Source: Lama glama (Eukaryota). From it: 64,000 nucleotides of DNA. Position numbers and translations under genes: made by a program. The stretch lies in assembly GCA_028534125.1 (NCBI GenBank), contig CM052837.1:29140001-29204000 (forward strand), read 5' to 3'. Under the pieces are notes generated by a model, which worked only from the letters and a program-made list of their open reading frames with translations, did no database searches and was not told where the DNA came from. Positions 35,635-48,690 of the stretch are shown piece by piece; the first letter of the stretch is position 1, and each line of letters opens with the position of its first letter.

Positions 35635-36825
35635 TTTTTAAGAATAGACTTTATTTTTTGGAACAGTTATAGAGTTACAGAAAAATGGAAAAGACAGCAT
35701 CCTACACCCAGCTTCTCCTATGATTAACACTTTAACATTAATATAATGCATCAGTGTTGATGCGTTACTATTAACTAAAGTCATAATTTATTCAGATTTT
35801 TAACGTTTTTGCCTAATACCTTTTTTTTGGTTCCAGGATCCCATTTAGGATTCCACATCACATTTAGTGGTCATGTCTTTTTAGGCTCCTCTTGGCTGTG
35901 ACAATTTCTCAGATTTTCCTTGGTTTTGGTGACCTTGACAGTTTTGAGGAATGCTGGTCAGGTTTTTGTAGTCTGCTCCTCTACTGGAAGAATCTGTCTG
36001 ACATCTTTGTCATGGTTAGACTCGGGTCATGGGTTTTGAGGAGGAAGCTCTCAGCGGTAGAGTGCCATTTCTATCATATCACATCAAGAGTGTCAACACG
36101 ATTTACCACTGTCAATGTTGACCTCGATCACCTGGCTCAGGCAGTGTTGTCAGGTTTCTCCACTCTGAAGTTACTCTTTTCCCCTCTTTCTATATTCCTC
36201 TTTGGAAGGAAGTCACTCTGTGGATCCTCCACCTAAGGAGCAGGCATTTGTGCTCTGCTGTGCAAATGATTTAGAGTTGGTTTTGTGCAGGAGAGTTGTC
36301 TGTTCTCCCTTGTTTATTTATCTGTTCAATCCATCAGTATGGACTCATGGCTATTTTATTTAGACGTTGGGTTATAATCCAAAAGTCGTTAATTTTGTTG
36401 CTCAAATTATTGCAGCTTTGACCATTGGGAGCTCTTTGGCTTGGCTGCCTTGCCCCCTGATGTACCCCTATTGATGTAGTTTTTTCTTTCTCTCTTTGNN
36501 NNNNNNNNNNNNNNNNNNNNNNNNNNNNNNNNNNNNNNNNNNNNNNNNNNNNNNNNNNNNNNNNNNNNNNNNNNNNNNNNNNNNNNNNNNNNNNNNNNNN
36601 NNNNNNNNNNNNNNNNNNNNNNNNNNNNNNNNNNNNNNNNNAGGCATGCCCATTGCTAGTGGGGTGGTATTTCTTTTAGTCCTTCTCAGCTGACAGAAAA
36701 AAGAAATTTATGTGTGTATGTATGTGTATTTACTAACCTATGAATATGTACATATCTATAAATATTTCTAACTGCAACCATCTATATCTGTATTTTGCTA
36801 AACCTGAGTTCATACTGATCTCTCC
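35635..36825 (-). mobile_element. Old L1 (L1MC-type) 3' UTR, contains a gap
   Basis: AATAGACTTTATTTTTTGGAACAGTT...TTCCAGGATCCCATTTAGGATTCCACATCACATTTAG...ACCTTGACAGTTTTGAGGA...TCAGTATGGACTCATGG. Confidence 0.82.
36499..36641. other. Assembly gap (143 N)
   Basis: Run of N. Confidence 0.99.
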
Positions 36826-38479
36826 AGAATCCATTATATTTTATAATGTGATTTGAATTAGTGGTGTGTCACTATATTGATAACCATAATTATCACTACC
36901 ACTTACTGTGTGCTTATTATGTGCTAAGTACTTTCTAAGTGTTTAAGTGTTTAACAAGCATTATCTACTTTAAGCTGCATGACAGCCCCAGACCCTGGTT
37001 AGTCCCCTCAACCCCATTTTACTGATTTGGTAATAGAGGTGCAGAAAAGCTAAGTACCTTGCTCAAAGTCTCTCATCTGGTAAGTGGTGATGTTGGTGTC
37101 AAACCCTGCCTCAGTCGTGTCAGGCATTAAAATGCATCTACATCTTGCATTAAATAGAATTTATATGCAACTAAAAAAAAAAGAAATGTTGCCTTACATT
37201 TGACTGGTTAATATAATATTATATTTCAAAGACATTTAACCTAAATGTCATGATTTCCTTTGAAGCCAGTACAATATTTTGGATCTTAGACATTTTCTGT
37301 CTGAGACTCTGTTGTCTCTAATGACCAATGGATGAAAGAGCTCAGGCGTGTCCACTCAGCCACCCTGCTGGGCCATTCTCAGTATCTCTCTCCCCAACTG
37401 GTCCCATGGGAAATTTGCAGGGATTTACAGAATCTTCTGGGAAACATGTCTTAGGCAGCACAGATCCCAGAGGGCCAAAGGAAGATGGAAAGGAAGCATG
37501 GGTGGAGGGAGGGGGTGGGCAGCCTTGGTGCTCTGACTCCCAGGTGTTCCTGGTGTCAGTCTGGTCTGACCTGCTGGGCATCTTCAGTGGGGAGTCTTGG
37601 ATAGGAGCCTGCTCTGACCCCCAGCGTGGCCTGAGGGCAGCCCAGGTTCCCTCCTGCTTTTACTCATGTAAGCTCTCTCCTCTTAGGCTGGCCCTACCCT
37701 CCTCAGGCCCCAGACCAGCCTCATTCCACCTCCTCCAAGAAGCCTTCTCTGCCTGCCCAACCCTCAGTGATATCCATGTTCCCTGAAATCCCAAGCCTAC
37801 ACCAAGGGTCTCAGACTAGTGGCCCTCAGATGTGTTTTTTTTAACCTGCACAGTGTTTTCTAAAATTTTGATTTGGTAGCTAGCATTGAAGAGCAAGATA
37901 TTTCATGGGAAATGTCAACACCCAGCCTCTCACAAATGTTGAAAGCTGGACAGCCCTGAGCTCACATTTCCACCAGCTGGTTTAGCCCATGCCTGGCACA
38001 CAGTAGGTGCTTGGCCATTGTTGACAGCATGAACTTGCCAAACGCACTCAGCTTGGGACCCTGGCTTTGAGGGCAGACAAGACAGATTTTCAGTGCCAGC
38101 CCTGCCTTTTCCTGGCTGTAGGGCCTGGGGAAAAAAAAATGTTTCTTCTCACTCAACCTCAGTTGACTCATCTGGAGAATGGACTTAGAAAAAAACCTAC
38201 TTCATGAGGTGGTTTTCAGGATGAAGTGAGCTAACGCATGGGGTGGGCTTAGGACGGGATAGGCTCTTAGGGAACCTGGATAAATATCTCCTTTTCTCCC
38301 TTGGTTTCCTCCTTTGTTTTCTTTGCTTTGCACCTCTCATTTCCTAATGACCCCACTATCCACCTGTTCATTCCACAAATGCCTAGTGTGTGCCAGACAC
38401 ATGTGAGAGACCCAGTTGCTACCCTCAGAGAACTCCTCTTCCTGGTCTGGCTGAGGAAAGAGACATTTTATTCACGGAC

Positions 38480-38860
38480 ACAGTCATCCACTTACTCACT
38501 CACCTGTACAACAAATGTTTACTGAACACCTACTATGTGCCAGGAATTGTTCAGAACACAGAGGATATAGCCATGAACAAAACAGACAAAAGTCCCTGCT
38601 ATCATGGAGCTGGCATTCCAGTCTAGCTCCGTCTAGCCCACAGACAATGAAGCAGGTAGCACTAAGTCCAGGAGGTGCTGCTGCTTGGTCAGGGAAGGCT
38701 TCTTTGTGAACAGGGAGGGAGTGAGCCATGTGGCTGGCTCTCTGACTTGAGAGCATTCCAGGCGGAGGGAATAGCAAGTGCAAAGGCCCTGGAGCAGGCA
38801 CACGCCTGGAGTGGTTGACGGGCAGTGAGAAGGCCAGTATGACTGGAGGAGAGTGAGTTA
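38480..38860 (-). mobile_element. L2 LINE 3' fragment
   Basis: ACAAATGTTTACTGAACACCTACTATGTGCCAGGAATTGTTC...GGGAATAGCAAGTGCAAAGGCCCTGGAG. Confidence 0.87.
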
Positions 38861-39179
38861 CATATTTCCATAATGTAAGAATTCCTCTCCTCCCTGACTT
38901 CCCCTCTCCTTCCCCTCCTCCTTTCTCTCTCTCTCTCTCTTTTTTTTTTTACAATGAGTCTCTTAATTTTGTAATCCAAATACACAATGACAGTTTATAA
39001 AAATAGAAATAATATCTGGGAAGCCCTAGGCATGTTGGTATGCAGGAACAGTGACTGCTATTATTATCATTTCTTCTTCTCATTTCTGGTAGGAATGAAT
39101 CACTTAACTTCTGAAGTTTCCTAAAGAGGCAATGGACCCTTGAGCCCTTGTCCCACTGTGGAGTGCCTTTCTTCTTCTT

Positions 39180-39315
39180 CTTCTTTTCTTTTTCCAGCTT
39201 CATTGAGATATAATTGATATATACATTGTGTAAATTTAAGGTGAACCACGTGTTGATGGGATACACCTATGTATCTCAACATGATTACAACCAGAGCCTC
39301 AGCTAACTCTTCCAG
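39180..39315 (-). mobile_element. L1 3' end fragment (L1MA-type)
   Basis: T-rich tail then CAGCTTCATTGAGATATAATTGATATATACATTGTGTAAATTTAAGGTG...ATGATTACAAC. Confidence 0.7.
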
Positions 39316-40734
39316 GGGAGTGTCTTTCTTCTACCCCATCATTCTGAGGGTTTCTGGAAGGCGAGTGTGTGGGGTGGGTATATGTGTGTCTGTGACAAGG
39401 GCAGATGCCTCTTCCTTCTTCCCGCTCCCCCTCTCTTCTTTTCTATCTGCAACCTCATCAGCAGAAAGAAGCACCCAAAAACGGGAGGTCTTGTTTCAGG
39501 GCCACTGAGAACGTGTGAATTCTCTAGAGTTAGTAATACAGATTGGGAGAGAGCAGTCATTGTGTCAGAAAGGAGGTTCACAGAGTGCTTAAAATAGGGC
39601 CCTGCTCCCACCTGCAGTCCTCTCACTGTCTCCAGAACAGAGCTTGAGGGCTCCTCTCCATCTCCCCACCTTCCCGGATGCTACCCGGTCCACCCCCTCA
39701 TCTCCCAAATTGACCATTGTGGTCACCTCTTCCCTGGGTGCCCTGCTTCTGCTCTGGGCCCCACAGTTGGTTCTCCTGCTGCTGTCTGTCCCAACGAGGA
39801 GCCTCCTCTAAGTGTGACAAACTTAGTTTGTCCAGTGGTCCTGCGAGGAGCAGGGAGGGAGGCAGGGAGGCTGGTGCTGAGCATGGAAGCTCTCAGCAAC
39901 CTTCTCGTGGTGTGACTTGTCAAAGTTGATAACCTCTCTGGTCTCTGGTCCCATTTTCCTTGCCTCTCCAAAAGAGAGTGACAATTTCTGGGACTCCCTT
40001 TACTTCTCTTCCAAATCTGCTTATCATTATGTTGGCTTATGGTGACGCTTGGAGAAGTTTATGGGTGGGGGATCTTCACCAACACAACTTCCCCGACAGC
40101 AGGAGCAATCCTTTGCCAGGAGCTGACCACGTGTGGTGCCAAGCTGGGCGTGTTCCCTGGGCTCAGCACATAGGGCTCTTTTTACCCAGCCACATTGCCT
40201 TTCAGAAACTTGAATTCACTAGGCTGCCTTCAGTCTCAGGGCCTTAGCAGGTGCTGTTCTGTTTGGGATGCTCTTCCTTCTTTGGCCTAGTTAAACTCCT
40301 ACTTGTTCTGATTCTGGCTCAAACACCACCTCCTCCAGGAAGCCCTCCCTGATGACACCTCCACAAGCTGGGTCACATTGTTAACCACTTTCCATCACTT
40401 AGCACAGTTGTAATTACTTTATTTATTTGCTCTCAGCCCCCACAGGGCTTCCCATCCCAACATTTGGGCTTAGATTTACCCCCCCCCCCCGCCAGAGGGA
40501 AGTTGGGAGGCCCAGGCCCATGAGTCAGCAAAGTTCTCCTTCCTCTCTTGGCACTTTCTCTGGGGAGGTTGGGAGCTGGCTTCCTCCAAGGGGGATTAAA
40601 TTCAAGGGTGCATAGTTAGAGGGGAGGTGGGCGGGGGCTCTTCCCAGCCCCTGACAGCACTAGACAGCTTTTCTCCATCTCCATTTCCACCACAACCCCT
40701 CCCATCATGCGCCAACATTGACATGCTTTCCAGC

Positions 40735-41290
40735 TCCCTCTGCCTCACCTGGAGAAGCCAGAGGGAGCTTTTCATAACCCAAATCCAACCTCCAATCTGC
40801 CTTGCTAAAAACTCTTCTGTAACTCTCAGAATAAAGCCGAGCCTCCTCAGTTGGGCTCCAAGCCCTCTGTTGCCTGACATTACCTCTTTCCCTTCATGCC
40901 CCAGCAACACCCAGCTCCTCGTAGCTCCCTGCCTCCAGATCTTTGCACTTGCTGTTCCTTCTGCTCTGAACACTGTTCCTCCAAGTGAATGAAAGCCACA
41001 ACATAAGGCTCGCTCCCTCCCTCCCCTCCTTTAGGTCTTTGCCCAAATGCCACTGCCCAGTGAGGCCTTCCCTGACTGCCCTATTTAAAACTTTAACCTC
41101 CCCACCATCCCTTGTCTCCTTCTCTCCTTTATTTCTCCCTGTAACCTGGACACCTGGGAATAGGCCACACAAGTTACTGCTTCATCTTGTTTCCAGTCTG
41201 TTTCCCCGACTAGAATGCCAGCTCCCCCAGAGCAGGTCCTCTGGTCAGTATTGCTCCCTGCTGTGTCTTCAGCAAGGAGTGGGCCCAGGA
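40735..41290 (+). mobile_element. L2 LINE 3' fragment
   Basis: CTTTGCACTTGCTGTTCCTTCTGC...GTGAGGCCTTCCCTGAC...CTAGAATGCCAGCTCCCCCAGAGCAGG. Confidence 0.8.
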
Positions 41291-41729
41291 CTATGTGACT
41301 CTGGGGTCAGTCAGGCCTAGTTTGGAGTTCTGGCTCAGTCACTTCCTGGCTTTCTTTTTTCTGGGCCTCAGTCTTCTCACTTGAAAAATAAGAGAAAACT
41401 TAGACTTGGAGTAAGGATGAAAAAAATTCTGTGTGTAAAAAAAAGAAGGAGGAGGGGAATAACCAAAATAAAAATTCATCATTCATCATTTGGGAGAAAT
41501 GGGTGACTCCAGTCTGGTCTGGCCACACTGTGGACTACTTGTAGTTAAAAAGAATGGCTCATAGTTTTCCCAGGTGCCTTGTATGGTTAATCTTTTCTGT
41601 TTGTTTTTAAACATTCTTAATTACACAGGTATTTTTTTGTAGGGTTTATTTTTAACTAAAAATATTCAAGGGAAAATACAGTGTATTAATATTCTACCTT
41701 TGTTCTAAAAAGGAGGGATATATACATTC

Positions 41730-41821
41730 TTTTTTTTTTTTTAATGGAGGGACTGGGGATTGAACCCAGGATCTTGTGCATGCTAAGCATGTGCTCTACC
41801 ACTGAGCTGTACCCAGCCCCC
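41730..41821 (-). mobile_element. tRNA-Ala(AGC)-derived SINE (camelid vic-1-like) with poly(A) tail
   Basis: Minus strand GGGGGCTGGGTACAGCTCAGTGGTAGAGCACATGCTTAGCATGCACAAGATCCTGGGTTCAATCCCCAGTCCCTCCATT-A13: A box, AGC anticodon loop, B box (GGTTCAATCC), then an A tail. Confidence 0.85.
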
Positions 41822-41844
41822 TCACGTTTTTTACAGTTAAAAAA

Positions 41845-42355
41845 GAAAGGCGAAATTCACAAGATACTAAAGTAATCATTTTAATTAATCATAAAGTAGT
41901 TAATTATTCATTTAATAGTGTACAATTCAGTGACATTTAGTGCATTCACTGTGTTGTGCAGCCATCACTTCTATGTAGTTCCAAAACATTTTCATCACCC
42001 CCCAAAGGAGACCCTATTAAACAAGTCACTCCTCATCCCAGCCTCCCAGCCCCTGGCAGCCATTAATCTGCTTTCTGTCTCTATGGGTTTATCTGTTCTG
42101 GATATTACATATAAATGGAATCATACAGTGCATGACCTTTTGTGTCTGGCTTTCAATTAGCATAATATTTTCGAGGTTCATGTAGCATGTATCAGTACTT
42201 CATTCCTTTTATGGCCAAATCATGTTCTATTGTGTGGACACACCACATTATGTTTACCCATTCATCTGTTGATGGACATTTAGGTGTTTTTACCTTTTGG
42301 TAATTATGAATAACGCTGCTGTGAACACTCTAGCACAAGTTCTTGTTTTGAGTGG
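41845..42355 (-). mobile_element. L1MB-type 3' fragment with ORF2 C-terminal remnant
   Basis: GTGTACAATTCAGTGACATTTAGTGCATTCAC...CCAAAACATTTTCATCACCCC...ATATAAATGGAATCATACAG; minus-strand peptide TRTCARVFTAALFIITKR. Confidence 0.85.
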
Positions 42356-43243
42356 GTATTCTTGAAAGAGAAAAGCAAGATGCTGAAAAGGGTGTACAAT
42401 GTGAGCCTGATTTGTCAAAGAAATGCTAGATAAAGAAATCCCTTGTCCAGGCAGAGTCTGCATAGGATTTTCTTGCTTACAGAAAAATATGCAAGAACCC
42501 ATTCTCAACTGTCAACATGGGGAGAGAGAAGGCTTTTGCAGAAAAGGAAAAGCAAAAAAGAAAGGCCAGATGCCAAACTAAAACAGTGCACACAAAATAA
42601 TTCCGTGTAGCCATATGTGACAAGTTACAGTCATTGTACATCTTGATCTTGAAACAAAAACAAAAAGCCCCCAAAACTGTTCTCTGCAAAAAGAGTTAGA
42701 TGGGGCCTGGTGAGATAGAGAACTTGAGGCTGGAAGAGAAGAGGGTACTGCTAGGAGTGTGTTCTACAGAGTGTCCCCCACGCCCCTACTTCTTACCCCT
42801 ACCAACTGCACAGTTCCACTGGAGCCAGATTTCCTTAGTGCTGCCCATTCTCTTGTTGAGACCCGTGGGTAGGAGCCAGACCCTCCCTTGTGAGAGGTGT
42901 GAGGGGTGCAGTGGTCCTGCCTGGGGGTCCGTCTTCAGTGATCCCCCATGTGATTCCCATTTCCTGCAGGGAGGTGCAAGTCTAGGGGAAAGTGGGAAGG
43001 GGCCCCGACGGAGAGAGAAGTGGGTGAGTGTGGACCCTATGACCTCCACTGACCTCAGGGTGTGCACCCAGGATCCCGGATGGGCTGGGCCTCCCAGCTG
43101 CTGAGCTTGCTTTCTCTCTCTCATTCTTTCTTTAGAAAATATTTCAACCACCTAGAATGTTGTAAGAGATTGTATAATGAACCCCTGGTCCCCATCACTC
43201 GGCTTCATCATGTCTTAGCATTTTGCCATATTTATTTCAGATC

Positions 43244-43630
43244 TGTAACAATCAGGGTCTGGCAGGAAACAGATCCCTCCAAATGGAGCACGCTGGGGAG
43301 AGTTTAATAAAGGGACTCTTTTCAAAGGTGTGGGCAGGATTAAGGGAATTAGTGAGGAAAGTGAGGTGCAGAGTGGGGCTGGCCTCAGTTGGGAGCTGAC
43401 GTTTGCAAGGATGGGCGGCACAGAGAGGCCCTCTGGCCTGAGCTGAGATCTTCAGGAAGGACAGCTCCAGCCTGGGGACCCATCAGGGAGGGAGCTGTCC
43501 CCCCCCCACTCTCCTCTGGTCTTCGTATCTCTGGCTGTGCCTCCATCCAGCAAACCCCACAGCAAGCTGAGAGTGGGTTGGTGGCATTCACACAGGTCAG
43601 CTCCTCAGGCACAGATTAAGGCAGAGAAGG
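43244..43630 (-). mobile_element. ERVL-type solo LTR fragment (subfamily uncertain)
   Basis: TGTAACAATCAGGGTCTGGCAGGAAACAGAT...GAGAGTTTAATAAAGGGACT...AAAGGTGTGGGCAGG typical of old ERVL LTR termini. Confidence 0.6.
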
Positions 43631-46019
43631 CAGGGGTCTGGAGGGAACAAAAGAGAGCATTGATTTGCAGCCTCCCTCCCTGCCAGTGGTTGGCTTGAGT
43701 CCGCGGTAACCCCTGCTGTTGCTCTGTTGTCAGTTCTGGCCCCTGGGATGTGGGTGACATGGTTGGGGGGGATCCTCACACTATCTTAGTTCCCTTTTTG
43801 CAGCTTCTATGTGCCTGCTGGTAACCTTTGTCAGTTTCAAGCTCTGGTTTTTAAGTACCTGTTAATTGAGCACTTACCACCTGCTAAGTGTTTCATACAA
43901 CTGATAGCCCGAATCCTCTCCTCACCTCATTTACAGCTCAGCAAAGCAAAGTTTGGTGAGGAGCAAAGCTTTGTGCAAGACAGGGCCCAGAGCTGGACTT
44001 GAATTTGGAGCAGTTTTTGGGAAAATCCCAGCTTAGTCATGACATCCTCTCCCCCGTGGTTCAGGTGTCATCTGGCTACTCTGTGGAGTTCCCAGGAAGA
44101 GCTTCCTGATGACAGGATGTAATGTCCCCAGAAGCCTCCTGATGCCTGGCTCCAGCTGAGGTTCATGGTACCCAGGGTCCATCCTGGGAAAGGGTCCTGA
44201 TTCAGCCTGTCCTGGGCTCTGCCACTTACCTGTATCAATTTGGGGGATGAGTCTACTCTCCAGGGCTCAGTCTCTCTATCTGGAAAATGGACACAGTGTA
44301 AGCCCCTCCATGTAGGGATGTTGTGAAGGTTGGTGAAGTGACACATAAGAAGCCTATGTGCACTGGGCACTCCAGTGGCCCCTGCTGGGTTTCTGATTTC
44401 CCCTGAGACGCCTCCTGGGGGCCGGATCCACAGAGGGAGGAAGGATGAGGCCCAGCCCTGGGAGCCTGGGGGGCCTGGTCCCAGGACAATGCAGAGCATT
44501 GAGTTCATGCCAGCCGGGGTTTGGGGTTAGAAAAATAGGAGAGGAATCTGGCCAGGACTCAGACAAAGGCCTGGGGGCCAGTCAGCCGAGGGGCGTCAGG
44601 TTACCCCCGACAGGCTGCAGCCACACAGGCGGCACCCCCAGTAGCTTGTGGGGGTGTTTGCTTTTCTCCAAAGATTATAATTAAATGAATGATCAGGGCC
44701 CCTGACTGAGGCCTTGGCAGGAGGGTTTCATTACAGGAAGGTCGGCAGGTACAGGGGTTCCAAGTCTGAGGGGCGTGTCGTTGTAATAGTAATAATAAGA
44801 GCAGTAATCATCTCTGCCAGCCTGCGGAGTGCTTCTGGCCGGCCGGGCCCCAGGTGAGCAAGTCTGTTGGTGCCTCGCTTCTCCTTGCAGCCCCCCTGTC
44901 ATAAATGTGCAAACTGAGGCTTGGAGACACTTTGGAGCCCCCCGGGGGCAGAGTAGGGTGAGATGGTGCAGCGTCTGGAATCACACAGGCCTCCTCGCTT
45001 CCACAGCTCTGTTTTCTCTTCTGGAAAATGGGCATAACCCCAATGCTGACCTTACTGAGTTGTTATGAAAATTGAGTGGGCACGCAGTGAGGAGTCAGAA
45101 AATGCCCATCCCCTTCCTTCCTTTTTACCAGAATGAATAAGGGCCAGGCTCTGCCTTTAAGGAATTTGTACCAGAGACACTCTGTCCCTCACCCACCACC
45201 TCCTTTCTGATTATAAAGGGCTGGGCCTTCAGAGGACCTGTAGGGAGGGCAGGGGGGGCTTCAGAAGAGGTTGTATTTGGTGTGATTTCTCCAGGGGAGA
45301 TGATGAGAGTGTGGTCTGGGCAGAAGGAAGAGCCAGGTCAAAGGTCTGGAGGCTGGAGAGACTGTCTGGGGAGCAGTGCACTGACTGAGTTAGACTGCAG
45401 GGTTTGAATTTCGGCTTCATCACATCTTTGCTGTGTGACTTCAGGCAGGCCACTGGGCCTCTCTAGTCTCAGACCTTAACTGATAGAAGAAAACCTTCCT
45501 CAGAGAGCTAGTGTAAAGAGAACTGTGCCTAGCTGTTCCACATTATGTGCTACATGAAGCTAATACCCAATAGATGTTATTTTTATTAATAACTACTGCC
45601 TCCAGGAAGCCCACCCTGACTTCCTCTGGCTTCCATGACCACATGGGCTTCCTCCATCACAGAATCTTGCCTCTTCTACATGTCAATCTCCCACTAACCA
45701 CCTGAACCCTTTGACTGGGACCCCCATGAAAGCTGCATCCCTAGAGTCCAACAAGAACCCAGCACAGAGTAGCCATGGGGCCAGGTGTTGGGTGAACAAC
45801 ATCACTGAGCATCTATTTTGTGCCAAGTCCTTTACACATGAATCCTGCGTTTAACATCTTTCTTCTGGAATGTTGGCTTTGCCAAGACTGGCACACAGTA
45901 GGCACTCAAGAATTACATGACAGAATTGCTGAGATGAACTGGTACTCAGAGGAAAGAAGGCTTTTTGAGGATGGGGCCTTAGCAGGTTGAGCTCATGAGA
46001 CAATAAGAAGAAGAAGAAA

Positions 46020-46230
46020 ATAATGAAAATTGTTATTATTTACTATGCGCCAGGCTCCATGCTGAGTCATTTCAGTTCATCTTCCCAGCAGGTTAGTACT
46101 ATTCTTGTTTCCATCTCACAGATGGGGGAACTGAGGCACAGAGAAGTTAAAGTGGCTTACCCCAAGTCACACAGCCAGTGAGCAGCAGAGTCAGTATCCA
46201 ACCCAAGACTGTCCTGAGTCTGTTACAGCC
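46020..46230 (-). mobile_element. MIR SINE
   Basis: CACAGATGGGGGAACTGAGGCACAGAGAAGTTAAAGTGGCTTACCCAAGTCACACAGCCAGTGAG. Confidence 0.88.
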
Positions 46231-48369
46231 TACTACCACCTAGAAGGGAAGTCCCATTACTGTACCCATTTTGCAGATGAGGCAATTGAGGCTCTGAGTG
46301 GCAAAATGCCTGGCCATACCTGGAAGCAGAGATAGTGGCTGAGCCAGAGATTCCAGAAGGAGGGTCCCAGCCACCCAGGCTGGTACTCTGAGGAAGGGGT
46401 CGCTGTTCTCTGCCTGTTAGTGTCCCTGGCCAGTACCCTGGCCTCTATTTATACAGCTCAACAGCCAAGACATTGCCTCTTCCGCCTGCCTGGGAGTCTT
46501 GGGTGCCTTCACAATAGGATTCTCTGTTTCTGCAGCTGGTTTTCTTTCAAGCCTTTTGTGCTGAAAATAAAAAAATGAAAAGAAAACTTGGCTCCGCCCC
46601 CTCCTTTCCTGGAGAGAGAGGATCTCAGCCTCTTCTTGCCTTCATTCTGGGGCCCAGAGATGTCCACAGTCTGCCCAAGGGTCACACAGCAGGATTGGAG
46701 CCAGAATCCTGGCTTTGGACTCCTTATCCAGTGCTCTGCTCATGGCTCTGGCACCCTGGCTTCAGAGCCAGTTGCCCTCTCCTTGCCCCTGCATTTGCTC
46801 TGTCTGGCTCTGTTTTCTAGGCTTGCGGGGAGCAAAGGACGTGGGACTAATATTCTCTGAGGCTCACTCCATGCCGGGCACTCTGCCATCCCGAGATTCA
46901 CAGAATCCTCACTACAGCTCTGTAAGATCCTGCCTCATTTAACAAATGAGGAAACAAGCTGAGAGAGGTGGAGTGCCTAAGGTCCCACAGCTGGGAAATG
47001 GCAGACCTGGGATTTGAACTCGTGCTCCCATGGCTGAGTTGCTGCCACATCTGGCATCCTCATTTGGGCCCCGTTGAGTCCCGGGGGTGGTGGGGGATCT
47101 GAGAGGGATGTGGGATCCTGGGCAGGGCCAGGGCCCTGGAGCTGAGCCAGACAGGAACAATAGATCCTCAGAGACGGTGGTGGCCCTGGGTAGGGTGTGA
47201 GCTGGAGCCAGGGGCCGCAGGGTGAGGCAGCAGGCGGGCCCAGGAAACTTAGCGCTCCCTCCCCTTCCTCTGGCTCCTGGATCAGGACCTAGGGTCACTC
47301 CAGGTGCCTCAGTGCCCAAACTCAGGACAGACCCAGGGCTTCAGCAGGGGGAGCCAATAATGGCTAATAACCATACTTCATGATGATTGAGTGCTACTAC
47401 AGGCCAGGCGCTGTGCCAAGGGCCTTCCTGGGTCTTCACAACCAACCTAGGAGGTGGGACTGTGATTAGTGCTCTTTTTCACGTATGGAAAGTGAGGCCC
47501 AGAGAGGCCCTCTGCCCTTACCTAGGGCCACACAGGGACAAATAACTTTGGAAAGTGAGCCCCTCAAAGAATGAGCTGCCCGTCCCAGGAGGCATGCAAG
47601 CAGAGGCAGAGGGAACTCAGTGTGGTGGCAGTGGGGACATGGAGAGGAATTAGGGCTCACTGAGGGTGGTTCGCTGAACATGGGGTCAGAGAAGCTACAA
47701 GTTGGGGAGCAAATGAAGCTCTCTGGACTGTTGTGGGGATTAAGCAAGTTAACATGTGCTTTGGATTAAACGTGTGCCTGGTATAGAGTAGTTGCTCAAT
47801 AAATGAGAAAACCCTTTGTGGAGCACCTCCTGTTTGCAGAAATAGTAACTCACACTTACTGAGCCTGCCAGGTACCCAGGCCCTGTGCCTGGATGTTTCT
47901 GAGCACTCACTGTCTCTCTGCCACTTTGTTGAGTGTGCACGGATTTTTGAGACTCATGACATCTCAGATGGACACCTGCTGTTCTTATCCCTCTGGCAGA
48001 TGAGGACATAACATGGAAGGCAATCAGCATGGTTGGGTGAATGAGCCAGCGTTTCTTTGCTGTGTGGCTTTGGGCAGCTGCTGAGTTCCCTGGGCCTCAG
48101 TTTCACTATCTATTGTATTAGGTGTGTCTATCTGTGGCATCTGAGACTTCTGGGTGAGAGTTTTTAAGTGTCTGCAAGGCTACTTTTTTTTCTCCAAGAG
48201 TTTGCTGCCTCAAATGAAATCCTCTCTAAAAACCCTTTTAAGGCCCTCTCATCCTTCCTCCTGTCTATTTTCTCCCATCTCAGAGTTCCTTCCTATTTTT
48301 CTCTTATCCCAGTTAGGCCATCTTCCATGCCTGGAACATTGAAGACATTTAATTAAATTTTACAGCAAG

Positions 48370-48690
48370 AGTCCGGATGTGGGGCCGTTCCAGGATCAGT
48401 TAGCTAGGCTCTAGGTTGACTTCTTTTCACTTCTCTTTTCCTCATGGGCCATAGTGGCTGCTGTGGCACCAGACATCATGTCCAATATGACCACATCCTA
48501 ACCAGAAAGGGAAGTGGGTGGGCAGGAAAGGGATCTTTCTCATCAAGAATCTCACTCTTTTATCAAGCAGGAGAATATTTCCTAAATATCCCAGTAGACA
48601 TCCCCTGGTGTCCCATGTGACAATGGAGTTACATATCTCCTTCAAATTAGAAAGGAATTCCCATGGCTTACTTAGACCAATTTGGACACA
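48370..48690. mobile_element. LTR33-like ERVL solo LTR fragment
   Basis: CCTCATGGGCCATAGTGGCTGCTGTGGCACCAGACATCATGTCC...TGGCTTACTTAGACCAAT. Confidence 0.6.

Noticed and set aside
41745-41821. Functional tRNA-Ala(AGC) gene
   Set aside because: The acceptor stem is disrupted, there is a 5' extension, and a poly(A) tail follows instead of a T-run terminator; better explained as a SINE
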